DNA of 51,938 bases from a virus (taxonomy: Duplodnaviria > Caudoviricetes). Where the stretch lies: the IMG/VR virus record IMGVR_UViG_3300026320_000008, positions 1-51,938 of that record. One strand, given 5' to 3'. How positions within the stretch are numbered: the stretch's first letter is position 1; each line of letters opens with the position of its first letter. Position numbers and translations under genes: made by a program. Below the pieces are notes generated by a model. It saw only the letters and a program-made list of their open reading frames with translations. It made no database searches and was not told the DNA's origin. Of the stretch, positions 27,979-36,478 are shown one piece after another.

Positions 27979-29966
27979 TGCCTATCGGAACATCAAACGG
28001 TGATCACTATGAATCTGAAATGCATCAGCTTTTGGATCTTCCAACCGTGTTTGATGATGCAGAAAACAAGCAAAAACACCTGTCACAGGGAGATCGTGGA
28101 CCTCTCAAAATAACGATTACTCCACACATGCAGGAAGGTGAATCTGAACAAGGAACATCTGAAGGTATTATTGAAGATCGTCGAAATAAACCTATGAATC
28201 CAGCAGAAACTCTTCCTCGAATGATTGTCGATAGAGTTAAGACTTGGATGGGAAAAAATCAATGGCCTGAAGGAGAATATGCAAACAGTCCATTATCGAA
28301 AGAATTAGGTATAGATGATATTACTTCTAAAGGTTCTAAAGGTAAACCTCAATCTCAATTGGATGAACCCAAAGAGGTTCATATCGTACGTCATGGTGAA
28401 ACTACAGCAAACGATAACAATACCGTACGTGGTACTAATATACCTACTCCTCTCAATGAGAATGGTCGCGCTGAGGCTGAGAAGGTCGCTGATAAGCTTA
28501 AAGAAGCAGGAGTGGATACTCTCGTCGCTTCTCCTTTAGAACGCTCCAAGGAGACGGCAGAGATCATTGGAAAAAAGTTGGGAATAACTCCACAGTATGA
28601 TTCGAGACTTGCTACGTGGGATGTAGGTGAACATGAAGGTAAGCCTTGTGAAACGTCTAATCCTGTGTTGGAAGATTACGCCAAGAACAAACAGGATGAA
28701 CCTGTTCCCGGTGGTGAGAGTTTCAATGAATTTATAAACAGAGCGTTTGCTGGTATCAGAGACGCAGTTCTCAATAACAAAGACAAGAACTTAGCGATCA
28801 TCACTCACAATAGAGTAGAAGCTACTCTCAGAGGTTGGGAGAAGACGGGACAAGATAATCCTGATATTGATTACAAAGAAGCAGTGAAAGAAGAGACGGA
28901 GCCGGGAGTCGTAAGGAAAACAACCTTCGAACCTGATGCTACGATTCTACAGCCTGGTCCTGCTGTAGGTTTTGACGAAAGATTCTCTGGAATGCCTTCA
29001 AAACTGCCACAGAAGGTTCCTGGTGAGAGTTTTAAAGGTACTCCTAGTTTATATAGGCCTTTCTTAAAAAATGCACCACCATGGCCTGGAGAAAATTTTC
29101 CAGGACAAGGATTTGAACATATTCCTTTTGATCTTGATGATCCGATGACAACTAAAGAACAATTGTTTAGACAGATGTCTGAAAAACTTCCAGGTATATT
29201 AGGTCCTATGGTTGATATAGCTAGTCAGAAAGATATAGGTACTTCCAGACATACGCAGAAAGAATTCGAAGATTATTATAATAAAAATATAGCGCCTAAA
29301 TTATCTCCTGAAGAACATAAAGTAATGAAGGATTATATTGAGTCTAGTTCTTTACGCGGAGGTAAGCGCGCTGAGATAATTTGGACTGATGAAAAGATTA
29401 ATGATTTCAGAAAAGTAATGCAACAGTTTGATAAATCTTGGAATGCTCGAGAAGCAGAAGCCAGTGAGAAATTCGGTATAACTAAAGCATCTGTTAGAGG
29501 TCTCTACAATAAATTTGATGTGAAATATACAAAAGCTCAGATGCAAAATCCTTCTCAACAACAACAAGGGAAACCTCCTGAATCTATTAAAGCAGCTGCT
29601 GTTCGTATGAAGACTCCACAAGGAGAAACAATTTATGAGGGTCATAGTCATCTTAATGCTATGCTCAACATGAGTAAAGAACATATGAATCTTCTCAATC
29701 GCCCTAAACAACCTGAGGGTGTTTCTATAGAAGATGGTTTCATAACATCTACGGGTAGATTTGTAAATAGAAAAGAAGCGGCTCAAATACATCAAGCTGA
29801 TAAAGGAAGATACACCGAACTTTCTGAGAAGATGGATTTATCTCCTCTTACGAGTGAAGAAGTTCCTGCTATTAAGAAACAAAAACCTCCGTTGACAGAT
29901 AAAGACATGCAAGAATTAATTGATGAATGGAATAGAATTGTAGACGAAAAATATCCTAAAAAATAG
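27978..29966 (+). CDS. Multidomain protein with a histidine phosphatase (PGM-like) domain
   Basis: VHIVRHGET (RHG at 28389-28397), PLNENGRAEA, ASPLERSKETA, PGGESF, IITH; C-terminal GFITSTGRFVNRKEA domain. Confidence 0.8.
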   Translation: MPIGTSNGDHYESEMHQLLDLPTVFDDAENKQKHLSQGDRGPLKITITPHMQEGESEQGTSEGIIEDRRNKPMNPAETLPRMIVDRVKTWMGKNQWPEGEYANSPLSKELGIDDITSKGSKGKPQSQLDEPKEVHIVRHGETTANDNNTVRGTNIPTPLNENGRAEAEKVADKLKEAGVDTLVASPLERSKETAEIIGKKLGITPQYDSRLATWDVGEHEGKPCETSNPVLEDYAKNKQDEPVPGGESFNEFINRAFAGIRDAVLNNKDKNLAIITHNRVEATLRGWEKTGQDNPDIDYKEAVKEETEPGVVRKTTFEPDATILQPGPAVGFDERFSGMPSKLPQKVPGESFKGTPSLYRPFLKNAPPWPGENFPGQGFEHIPFDLDDPMTTKEQLFRQMSEKLPGILGPMVDIASQKDIGTSRHTQKEFEDYYNKNIAPKLSPEEHKVMKDYIESSSLRGGKRAEIIWTDEKINDFRKVMQQFDKSWNAREAEASEKFGITKASVRGLYNKFDVKYTKAQMQNPSQQQQGKPPESIKAAAVRMKTPQGETIYEGHSHLNAMLNMSKEHMNLLNRPKQPEGVSIEDGFITSTGRFVNRKEAAQIHQADKGRYTELSEKMDLSPLTSEEVPAIKKQKPPLTDKDMQELIDEWNRIVDEKYPKK

Positions 29967-29987
29967 AATTAATCATTTGAACAAAAT

Positions 29988-30023
29988 AAAACCCCCGTAA
30001 GGTGCAGACCCTACGGGGGTTTT
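29988..30023. terminator. Bidirectional rho-independent terminator between the convergent arms
   Basis: AAAACCCCCGTA...TACGGGGGTTTT with A/T tracts on both sides. Confidence 0.85.
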
Positions 30024-30153
30024 GCTATGTAAGACATAGCGCTTCTATGAACTGTGCGGTGGTGCTAATGATCGCTACCTCGCGCACGCATAGCGTATCA
30101 GAACGTGTCCGTACTCGCTGGCAAGGCCTTGCCAATCACCGACGGGTATTCTG

Positions 30154-30552
30154 TTAGTGGAATTTGTGTCCTTCGAACTTGCGGAGAGCCGCGAGGCCTT
30201 CCTTGGGCTCCATGACGGCGATGTCGATCTCGAGAGCGTCTCGAGCTACCCGCATCACTTCGGCGGCCTTCTTGTAGCCCGCCTTGTCTTCCTTGACCGC
30301 CGTAAATCGCAGGCCGCGCAACGGGTTCATCCAGCCGTCCCATTCGCCGATGTCGTCACAAGTCTCCTCGTCGACATAGGTGAACTTTCCGGCCGTAATG
30401 GCTTCGACGACACCCTTCGGAGTCGTTGGACGATCGTCCACGATGCCGAAGTGCTTCTGAAGTGCCTGATCTTTGGTGTGAGACGCCGACCACATTGCGC
30501 TACGCAGAGCATCGCGCTCACGCGTGAAACAGGGAACCGTGCTCTTGTCCAT
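30154..30552 (-). CDS. Hypothetical protein
   Basis: AAGGAG RBS before MDKSTVPC; GC-rich codon usage. Confidence 0.7.
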   Translation of the reverse strand: MDKSTVPCFTRERDALRSAMWSASHTKDQALQKHFGIVDDRPTTPKGVVEAITAGKFTYVDEETCDDIGEWDGWMNPLRGLRFTAVKEDKAGYKKAAEVMRVARDALEIDIAVMEPKEGLAALRKFEGHKFH

Positions 30553-30648
30553 GTTAACTTCTTTCTCCTTCTGTGCCTCGCAGATCATTTCGGAGGCTAT
30601 TGAGTTCATTGATACCGTTGCCGGGAACATGAACGAACTAAAATACAT

Positions 30649-31074
30649 TTATAGAATCTCCTCTTTTCTTTTCTTTAGTTGAGCACGAACTATTTTACGT
30701 TTACGTTCACGCTCTTCTTTCATTATTGCATCGGCAACATAATCGTAATCAACTTTCTCAAACCTTTCAGTTTGAGTCCATGTTCGAATCAAGGGATAAA
30801 ACCTTTGTAAGGTTTCATCCCAACGTTGCCAAGGGAACTTTGTATATCCAATGTACATAGTTCCCCATAGTTTCTCCCGACAGAAAGAACAATCGCATTT
30901 ACGTTGTCCTTTCCTTGTGTGCCAAGTTATGTGGGCATCAAGCAGTAGTTTCGGAAGTAGTTCCGCCACTCTTGTCGCCACTCTGGCCCTTATCCTTTCC
31001 AGCGGACTGTTGGGCAAGCTCGTAGACGAGTTTCCACTCATTCTTGGTGAGAGCGTCGATGAGAGCTTTCTCAT
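30649..31074 (-). CDS. Hypothetical protein (CDCSFC motif); start uncertain
   Basis: ORF track; the 5' part overlaps the upstream gene. Confidence 0.5.
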   Translation of the reverse strand: MRKLSSTLSPRMSGNSSTSLPNSPLERIRARVATRVAELLPKLLLDAHITWHTRKGQRKCDCSFCREKLWGTMYIGYTKFPWQRWDETLQRFYPLIRTWTQTERFEKVDYDYVADAIMKEERERKRKIVRAQLKKRKEEIL

Positions 31075-31399
31075 GTTTGGCTACTCCATCAGAGAGCTTC
31101 TTGATTTCGTCGAGACGTCCGGCACTGAATTCTCGACGAACGACTTTTCGATCGCGATCGTACTTGACATCGTCGGGCTTGTCCACTTTGTCACGGGCCA
31201 TCACCAACTTTGTCAAGTTTTCATAGACAGCAGCGAAGGCTTTCGTTTTCTTTTCAGCCTCTCGTTTAGCAATCTCCTCGATAAACAATCCTTCGATAAT
31301 CTCAGGAGATGTTAGTTCCGCTACCTTCTCCACATACTTAGCGAGGATAGCGTTTGAAGGAACCTTTTCGTCGGGCTTGTCGGTGAACATATCAGTCAT
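30938..31399 (-). CDS. Hypothetical helical protein
   Basis: GGAG RBS before MTDMFTDK. Confidence 0.65.
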   Translation of the reverse strand: MTDMFTDKPDEKVPSNAILAKYVEKVAELTSPEIIEGLFIEEIAKREAEKKTKAFAAVYENLTKLVMARDKVDKPDDVKYDRDRKVVRREFSAGRLDEIKKLSDGVAKHEKALIDALTKNEWKLVYELAQQSAGKDKGQSGDKSGGTTSETTA

Positions 31400-31478
31400 T
31401 TCCGGTCTCCAAGCAAAATCACCTAATTGTGAACAGGCCTTGGCATAAATGTAACGAAGGTAATTTAACCAAGATACA

Positions 31479-31721
31479 TCAATGGCGAGGCGGTTGTCTG
31501 ATCCGATTGGCATGTCTACTTACCACTTTGGTAGGGACACGACTTAATGAACCAAATCTATGGAATCCAACATGATCCAATTCTTTCTTGTCGCCCTTAT
31601 GCACGAGTCCCTTTTTTAGAGCTTTTCGTCGTGCTTGGTTGCGGGCCTCCCTTCGGAGAACTTGGGCTCTCGTGTCCTCCCACTTGTTCTCCTTCGCGTA
31701 ATTGTGCGCTATTGTTAGCAC
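31479..31721 (-). CDS. HNH-like small basic protein (degenerate)
   Basis: NYAKE...RNQARR...GLVHKGDKKELDH...SRHANR resembles small podovirus HNH proteins. Confidence 0.6.
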   Translation of the reverse strand: MLTIAHNYAKENKWEDTRAQVLRREARNQARRKALKKGLVHKGDKKELDHVGFHRFGSLSRVPTKVVSRHANRIRQPPRH

Positions 31722-31908
31722 CTCCCTCCTTATAGTAAATAAATATAGTATAGGTATGATCGTCGCCGTTTAAGTCAACGACGATCTTTTCAACTTCTTC
31801 TGAAGGTTTAAGAACCTTCGTTTGATAGAGGAACGGCGCTATCAAGTCCGTCATGTTCCCCTGTGACATCGTCACGCGATGCCACTTTCTTTCTTTTCTT
31901 TTTTGCAT
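31597..31908 (-). CDS. Hypothetical protein
   Basis: ORF track; overlaps the downstream gene by ~120 nt. Confidence 0.45.
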   Translation of the reverse strand: MQKRKERKWHRVTMSQGNMTDLIAPFLYQTKVLKPSEEVEKIVVDLNGDDHTYTIFIYYKEGGANNSAQLREGEQVGGHESPSSPKGGPQPSTTKSSKKGTRA

Positions 31909-32059
31909 TAATCGCCAGCCTCTCTTGGCGGTTCTGAGGATGCTTCATTTTGTTTGAGTCCTGACGTTGGACCGACATTGTCGATCTCTGAAAGAATTAA
32001 AGAAATAAAGACAGCTAAAGCGCCTACAACAATCACAAGACCCACTAGATCCCAAGGCA

Positions 32060-32404
32060 TCATAGACCTCCGAGCCACTCATCAGGTATAGTTTCAACGG
32101 CATACCTGAAACCGTTTCTCTCAGCCCATTTCACATATTTCTTATCGTATTTATAAAACAAGATTCTTATGTCTTTCTCTGGATGTTGCTTCTTTACATT
32201 GCAGAGTTTCCTCTTGTCCTCTGGTCTGAAGTACCCCTTGCATTCAACATAGACTTTACCCAAGGGGGTATGCAATATGAAGTCAGGGATGTAGAAAGAA
32301 GCAATGATGTACGGTATTCGTTCAGCTTCATATTCAAACTTAATCCTCGTCTTTCTGAGAAAGCTTCTCGTATTCCTTTCGAATACGTTCCTCGGCTCTG
32401 GCAT
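32060..32404 (-). CDS. Endonuclease I-like Holliday junction resolvase (T7 gp3-like)
   Basis: FEYE...YIPDF...VECKGYF...DIRILF...WAERNGF. Confidence 0.85.
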   Translation of the reverse strand: MPEPRNVFERNTRSFLRKTRIKFEYEAERIPYIIASFYIPDFILHTPLGKVYVECKGYFRPEDKRKLCNVKKQHPEKDIRILFYKYDKKYVKWAERNGFRYAVETIPDEWLGGL

Positions 32405-32445
32405 CTAGCAGAGGATCCCTATAGTCTTCGTTTTCAAAGAGGAAA

Positions 32446-33312
32446 TCAACGTATGATTTCTCCAGCTTTATTAACTTCTGGGACATCTGGTATCCTCCTT
32501 ACAGTTGTGAGGTAGACTGGTCCGTCAGCATATATAAACGTGCGCAGATTAGGAAAGCAGCAGAACTTAAAAGGTTCGTAGCTTGCGCGCACATCAAGCT
32601 GGACATTTCCGGATGCTCCGTGCGTTCTTGTTCCGCACGTGCAATCAGGGGGAATGCTTCGTCCAACAAACTCTTTATATGCTGCAACTCGTGACTTAAT
32701 GTGCTCATGACGCACCTTATGTTCATATAGACAGATATGACCTAACTCTTTATGGATTGCTAATATGTAGCCTTTGTCTTTTACCAGTACCAGAGGGTCT
32801 GAAGCAGAAGCCACTGTGTAGCCGTCGAGCTGAGATAGAAAACCGAATCCATCACTTTGCTCGATAGTCTTTTGTTTGTACTTAAGAAACTGACGACCAG
32901 AACATGATTTGACATCCACCAAACAACCGTCAATAACAGCATCCCGGTGACCTTTAATGCCATCAAGTTCCAGTTCATCTTGCTCTCCTACAACATGATG
33001 ACCGGCAGCCCTAGCTAATTGAATAGCCAGGGCCTCGATCATGTCGCCGAATGCAAACTTAAACGTTGCCCAAGGGGGAAGGGGTTCAGCCTCGTTGGGT
33101 GTGTGGATAGAATGCCAGAGAGCGCGAGGGCATCGATCGCCCATGCCGGATAAACGTAAGGCAGGAGTTCTTTCTGTCCTTCCCAACGTCTTTGGCAAGC
33201 TCTGAGCAAGCTGTCCTGAAAGTCCTCGACAGAGTTCATCTGTGAACCAGCTGTCCTTTCTCTTGAGGAGGTCCTGAATATCAGGGACCAAGGTATAAAT
33301 TGATGTGTTCAA
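32446..33312 (-). CDS. PD-(D/E)xK exonuclease (Cas4/RecB-like)
   Basis: LRLSGMG.CPR.LW, GHRDAVIDGCLVDVKS, QLDGY; likely TTG start at 33312 overlapping the upstream TGA. Confidence 0.8.
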   Translation of the reverse strand: MNTSIYTLVPDIQDLLKRKDSWFTDELCRGLSGQLAQSLPKTLGRTERTPALRLSGMGDRCPRALWHSIHTPNEAEPLPPWATFKFAFGDMIEALAIQLARAAGHHVVGEQDELELDGIKGHRDAVIDGCLVDVKSCSGRQFLKYKQKTIEQSDGFGFLSQLDGYTVASASDPLVLVKDKGYILAIHKELGHICLYEHKVRHEHIKSRVAAYKEFVGRSIPPDCTCGTRTHGASGNVQLDVRASYEPFKFCCFPNLRTFIYADGPVYLTTVRRIPDVPEVNKAGEIIR

Positions 33313-33653
33313 TGTAATGTAGATACGGCATCTTTCAGACTGTTCCACATATGGATCATCAATAATGACCACATATAGGTTGCTGGTGGACCGAATGCAA
33401 CGACGAACTTCATCATGTCCCAGTATGTGAGACTCTTGTCGCCTAGCTTCTGCATTCCGGTCTTAGGTGCTGGTTTATTGCCGCTATCTTGTCCTTTCTT
33501 TTGAGCTTCCTGCCACTTCTTGAATTGCTTCTCAATCTTTCTGTGTATCTTCACAGGATCGATTTCGGCAGAGGTTGATGATTGTGGTCCTTGCCACGGC
33601 ATGATAATAAATGGTTGTTGCTGCTGTTGAGGGTATCCCCAAGGCGGCCACAT
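33309..33653 (-). CDS. Pro/Gln-rich protein with C-terminal hydrophobic segment
   Basis: AAAGGAG RBS; MWPPWGYPQQQQQP; FVVAFGPPATYMWSLLMIHMW. Confidence 0.7.
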   Translation of the reverse strand: MWPPWGYPQQQQQPFIIMPWQGPQSSTSAEIDPVKIHRKIEKQFKKWQEAQKKGQDSGNKPAPKTGMQKLGDKSLTYWDMMKFVVAFGPPATYMWSLLMIHMWNSLKDAVSTLH

Positions 33654-33699
33654 CTGATTCTCTCCTTTCGCAGAGATGTTCGAATTATTGTTTTTTGAA

Positions 33700-34800
33700 A
33701 TGTACTAAGTGGGGCTCTGCGTCTCCGCTTCACAGCCCCAATGGATTAAGGAGGCATCTTCCCGAACCACTTGTTTCGGTTGAAGTACATACTTCACCTA
33801 CTCTCCTGTGGTTAGAGGGACCTCAGCAGGGACAGTCCCTGAACCCTGTTCTCACTGGCATCCCAGTCAAGACGGTTTCTGAGGCATTCCACAAGTATGC
33901 AACAGGTTCCATAGGTAACCATCGTGGTCCCAACATGTGCTCAAAACTAAGCCTCTTGCACACCCTTTTCGGATACATACCTATAGTGCCTTACTGGCAA
34001 CGCCATCTGTCGATGGCCACCGGACTCGCAGGTCACACAGGCTCTTCACACCCATGCGTCACGATGTCACTCGCAACGTTATCAGGTCGGTAAACCCCAG
34101 TACCCCTGTTGGGGTCACGGACTCGAACCGTTATTACCTCCCTGGGGCCTACAAACTGCGTAACAATCTCCAGAAAGTCCTACTGCTTTTAGTGCTGTGG
34201 TAGACAGCCACAGACTGCAGGCCTTTACGGTATCTCCAATAGACTTCTCATGTTACGTCTCGCTTGACCTTACGTAGTATATTCGCCTACGGGAGACGCT
34301 AGTCTATTGCGTTTATCCTACTTGTCTCGAAAGCATTCTCCATCGGGTACGAACACCCGAATGTCTTCTCTTTTTGCATCACGAGGGGATCTGTTTCCCA
34401 CGGCAGGATTTGAACCTGCACTGAGTTGGTGTGCCCAGCCATCGGTCTTACAGGCAACTTGCTTTCGATCCGAGTCAAAGCTACGAACGCTAGCTCTTCG
34501 TACCTACCGGGCCTCCATTGAATTGTTTGGAACCATATTCACAGAGTATCTCCCGTCCGGCCGCTCCCTGACTGAGTACAGTTACACGACCACTGGCATA
34601 AGACCCGAGCCTCCGCGTCTTCTTGGTCTATTGGCGCGTACTTTTACCTGTAGTCCGTACAGGCCCAGCAACCGCTAGTGCTGGTTGTCCCACCTGAGCT
34701 ACAACATTTGGGTGCAGCTTCAAGTCGTAGGCAGGTCATCACTCCTGCGCCATGTGGACGTTGCGCTTCGGACCCTTTTTCCCCGCCCGCTTTTCACCAC
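33700..34800 (-). ncRNA. Candidate giant structured non-coding RNA
   Basis: No ORF of 60 aa or more on the operon strand across ~1.15 kb; more than 15 stems visible by eye, including nested multi-helix domains and two TTCRART T-arms; strand inferred from T-loop/GNRA orientation and flanking genes. Confidence 0.7.
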
Positions 34801-34830
34801 TCACCGATGATTCGTTCTACGCAAAGGGAC

Positions 34831-35190
34831 TTATGTATTTCTTTTTCGAGGAGGTTTACGTTTGGGAATTTCTTCCTCTTTAATTGCATACACCCCTTTA
34901 ATAAGCTTTTGTCTTTGCATGCCGCAAATATTGAGAAATCGTCCAACGGACAATAGAAAATCTTCATTAATCCAACGATCTACAGTATGTTTACGTTCAA
35001 GATCCATGTTGTACGTTTCCATTCGACCTTGTTTGCAACCTTCCTCTTTGTGAAGTTCAATAACACTTGCTGCATACTCAACCATATCAATCCATCCAGC
35101 TTGCGATTGCAATCTGAGGATATTGGTAACGAGTTCTTCCGCTGTTGGTGTTTTTGTCAACGTAACTAAAGCTTTCGTTGGAGCGTTCAT
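34831..35190 (-). CDS. Hypothetical protein
   Basis: GGAG RBS; 119 aa with a basic C-terminal tail. Confidence 0.65.
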   Translation of the reverse strand: MNAPTKALVTLTKTPTAEELVTNILRLQSQAGWIDMVEYAASVIELHKEEGCKQGRMETYNMDLERKHTVDRWINEDFLLSVGRFLNICGMQRQKLIKGVYAIKEEEIPKRKPPRKRNT

Positions 35191-35210
35191 TGGACTTCTC
35201 CAGGGGTTAT

Positions 35211-35243
35211 GAAAAAGAGTGGGGGCGTGCTGGGCGCCCCCAG
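35211..35243 (-). terminator. Intrinsic terminator
   Basis: TGGGGGCG/CGCCCCCA stem followed on the - strand by CTCTTTT. Confidence 0.65.
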
Positions 35244-35291
35244 TCTTACACCCTAGCTCATTTATAATTTAGAAGGCCACTTGCTAGGGAG

Positions 35292-35531
35292 TTACTTTGC
35301 AACGACCATCATCACATCAGTGGGCGCTGGCGTTGCAGTCGTTTCGAGAAGAGTAAAGATCTGCTCTTCCGGAAGACCTTCTGACTTCTTTGCAGACTTC
35401 TTGGCGAACTTCTCCGCTTCTGCCTTGTCGGAGAAGGCACGCGTATAACGGTAACCCGCGTCACCGCTATCAATTTCCTTGGGTTTGAATTCAGACATCA
35501 CAACATAAATCATTCTTTTGTTTCCTTCCAT
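35292..35531 (-). CDS. Hypothetical protein
   Basis: ORF track; probable start MIYVVM at 35513 (ATGA overlap with SSB stop). Confidence 0.6.
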   Translation of the reverse strand: MEGNKRMIYVVMSEFKPKEIDSGDAGYRYTRAFSDKAEAEKFAKKSAKKSEGLPEEQIFTLLETTATPAPTDVMMVVAK

Positions 35532-36013
35532 GGGATGAGATCTGGGAATCCAGATGCCATCTTTGTTTGCTTTGGATCTTCGTAGTCATCGATTTCAAAA
35601 TCGACTAAATCATGAATTTTAACACCGACCAACCTCATTGCTTTACCTGTCTGTTTTGAGATTGGAATAGTGAATGAACGTAATTCTACTTTGACTTCTA
35701 CATCGCTTCCGTTCCCTATCTTCGTGCCTGTGTAAACTGTGTTATCAGCATTGAGTACAGAGGGAGGAGCCATTGGCTGTTCCACTCCATCTCTTCCTTT
35801 AAATTTAATGGGACGAGAGATTGTAACCCAATACCCATCATCGTCTTTAGTGATGTGGTTCTGAATACCTTCCTTTTTCCAAGCTAATACTTTGGTGAGA
35901 GAGTCGTTATCCAGATTAAGATCTATAGTCCACTTAGCATATTTACCGGGGACAATAACATTGGCCCACTTCGATTTTCCTCTCAAGAACTCGATTTTAT
36001 TTGGATTCGACAT
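35510..36013 (-). CDS. Single-stranded DNA-binding protein (T7 gp2.5-like)
   Basis: GKSKWA...KWTIDL...P.V...KIGNGSDVEV...RLVGVKIHDLV and an acidic C-terminus. Confidence 0.75.
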   Translation of the reverse strand: MSNPNKIEFLRGKSKWANVIVPGKYAKWTIDLNLDNDSLTKVLAWKKEGIQNHITKDDDGYWVTISRPIKFKGRDGVEQPMAPPSVLNADNTVYTGTKIGNGSDVEVKVELRSFTIPISKQTGKAMRLVGVKIHDLVDFEIDDYEDPKQTKMASGFPDLIPWKETKE

Positions 36014-36170
36014 CGACTTCCTGAACACCCAGAACAACTACTGAATTAACATTGTCCTCTGGATACATCACCTTCCACTGTTCAATAGCTTCGTCTTCTG
36101 CGAAATTCTCATCAGGTGCCTTAATCTTAAACTTCTTACTTGTAGTAAATCCAAGTTCAACTTCAAACAT
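35997..36170 (-). CDS. 57-aa acidic hypothetical protein
   Basis: Read manually: GAGG RBS, MFEVELGFTTSKKFKIKAPDENFAEDEAIEQW. Confidence 0.55.
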   Translation of the reverse strand: MFEVELGFTTSKKFKIKAPDENFAEDEAIEQWKVMYPEDNVNSVVVLGVQEVDVESK

Positions 36171-36280
36171 AATAATAATCCCTCGTCAATGGTGTACTTC
36201 GTATGATGGCAAACTCATCTGGTGTATCAAACATGATACAACCACATATTCCTTCGCGCTTAAAATCTCGCGCCATTTCT

Positions 36281-36478
36281 TTAATGACTAGTGGGTTCAT
36301 CTTTTACTGCAACTCCATCTGTAATGGTATAATTATAATTCTTATAAACGTATTCCTTGGGTTCAATCATGTATTCATATGTCCATGCTGCCCAAGAACA
36401 CCATCCTACAACTCCTACCATAAGTAGAGAGTCAAGTGCTAAAATCAATCCTATAATATCTTTAACCCATGTATCCAT
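36281..36478 (-). CDS. Small membrane protein
   Basis: GAGG RBS; hydrophobic N-half. Confidence 0.5.
   Translation of the reverse strand: MDTWVKDIIGLILALDSLLMVGVVGWCSWAAWTYEYMIEPKEYVYKNYNYTITDGVAVKDEPTSH

Noticed and set aside
32446-33312. cas4 gene of a CRISPR system
   Set aside because: It is a stand-alone PD-(D/E)xK exonuclease in a replication operon with no array or other cas genes
34100-34180. Second tRNA gene (ACGGTTCGAGTCCGT)
   Set aside because: The T-arm is enclosed in a CCCCAG/CTGGGG junction with no cloverleaf
34390-34480. tRNA gene on the - strand (T-arm GCAGGTTCAAATCCTGC)
   Set aside because: No 5' acceptor strand complementary to CGTGGGA and no D or anticodon arms at tRNA spacing; treated as part of the large RNA
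33665-34830. Group I or group II intron
   Set aside because: Flanking genes have their own stop and RBS/start; I found no P7/S element, domain V or intron-encoded ORF by eye (a covariance-model scan is needed to exclude it fully)
33611-34956. + strand ORFs 33611..34093, 33937..34203, 34307..34678 and 34678..34956
   Set aside because: Antisense to the operon, no clear RBS, and S/P/R/L-rich composition typical of shadow ORFs in GC-richer structured RNA
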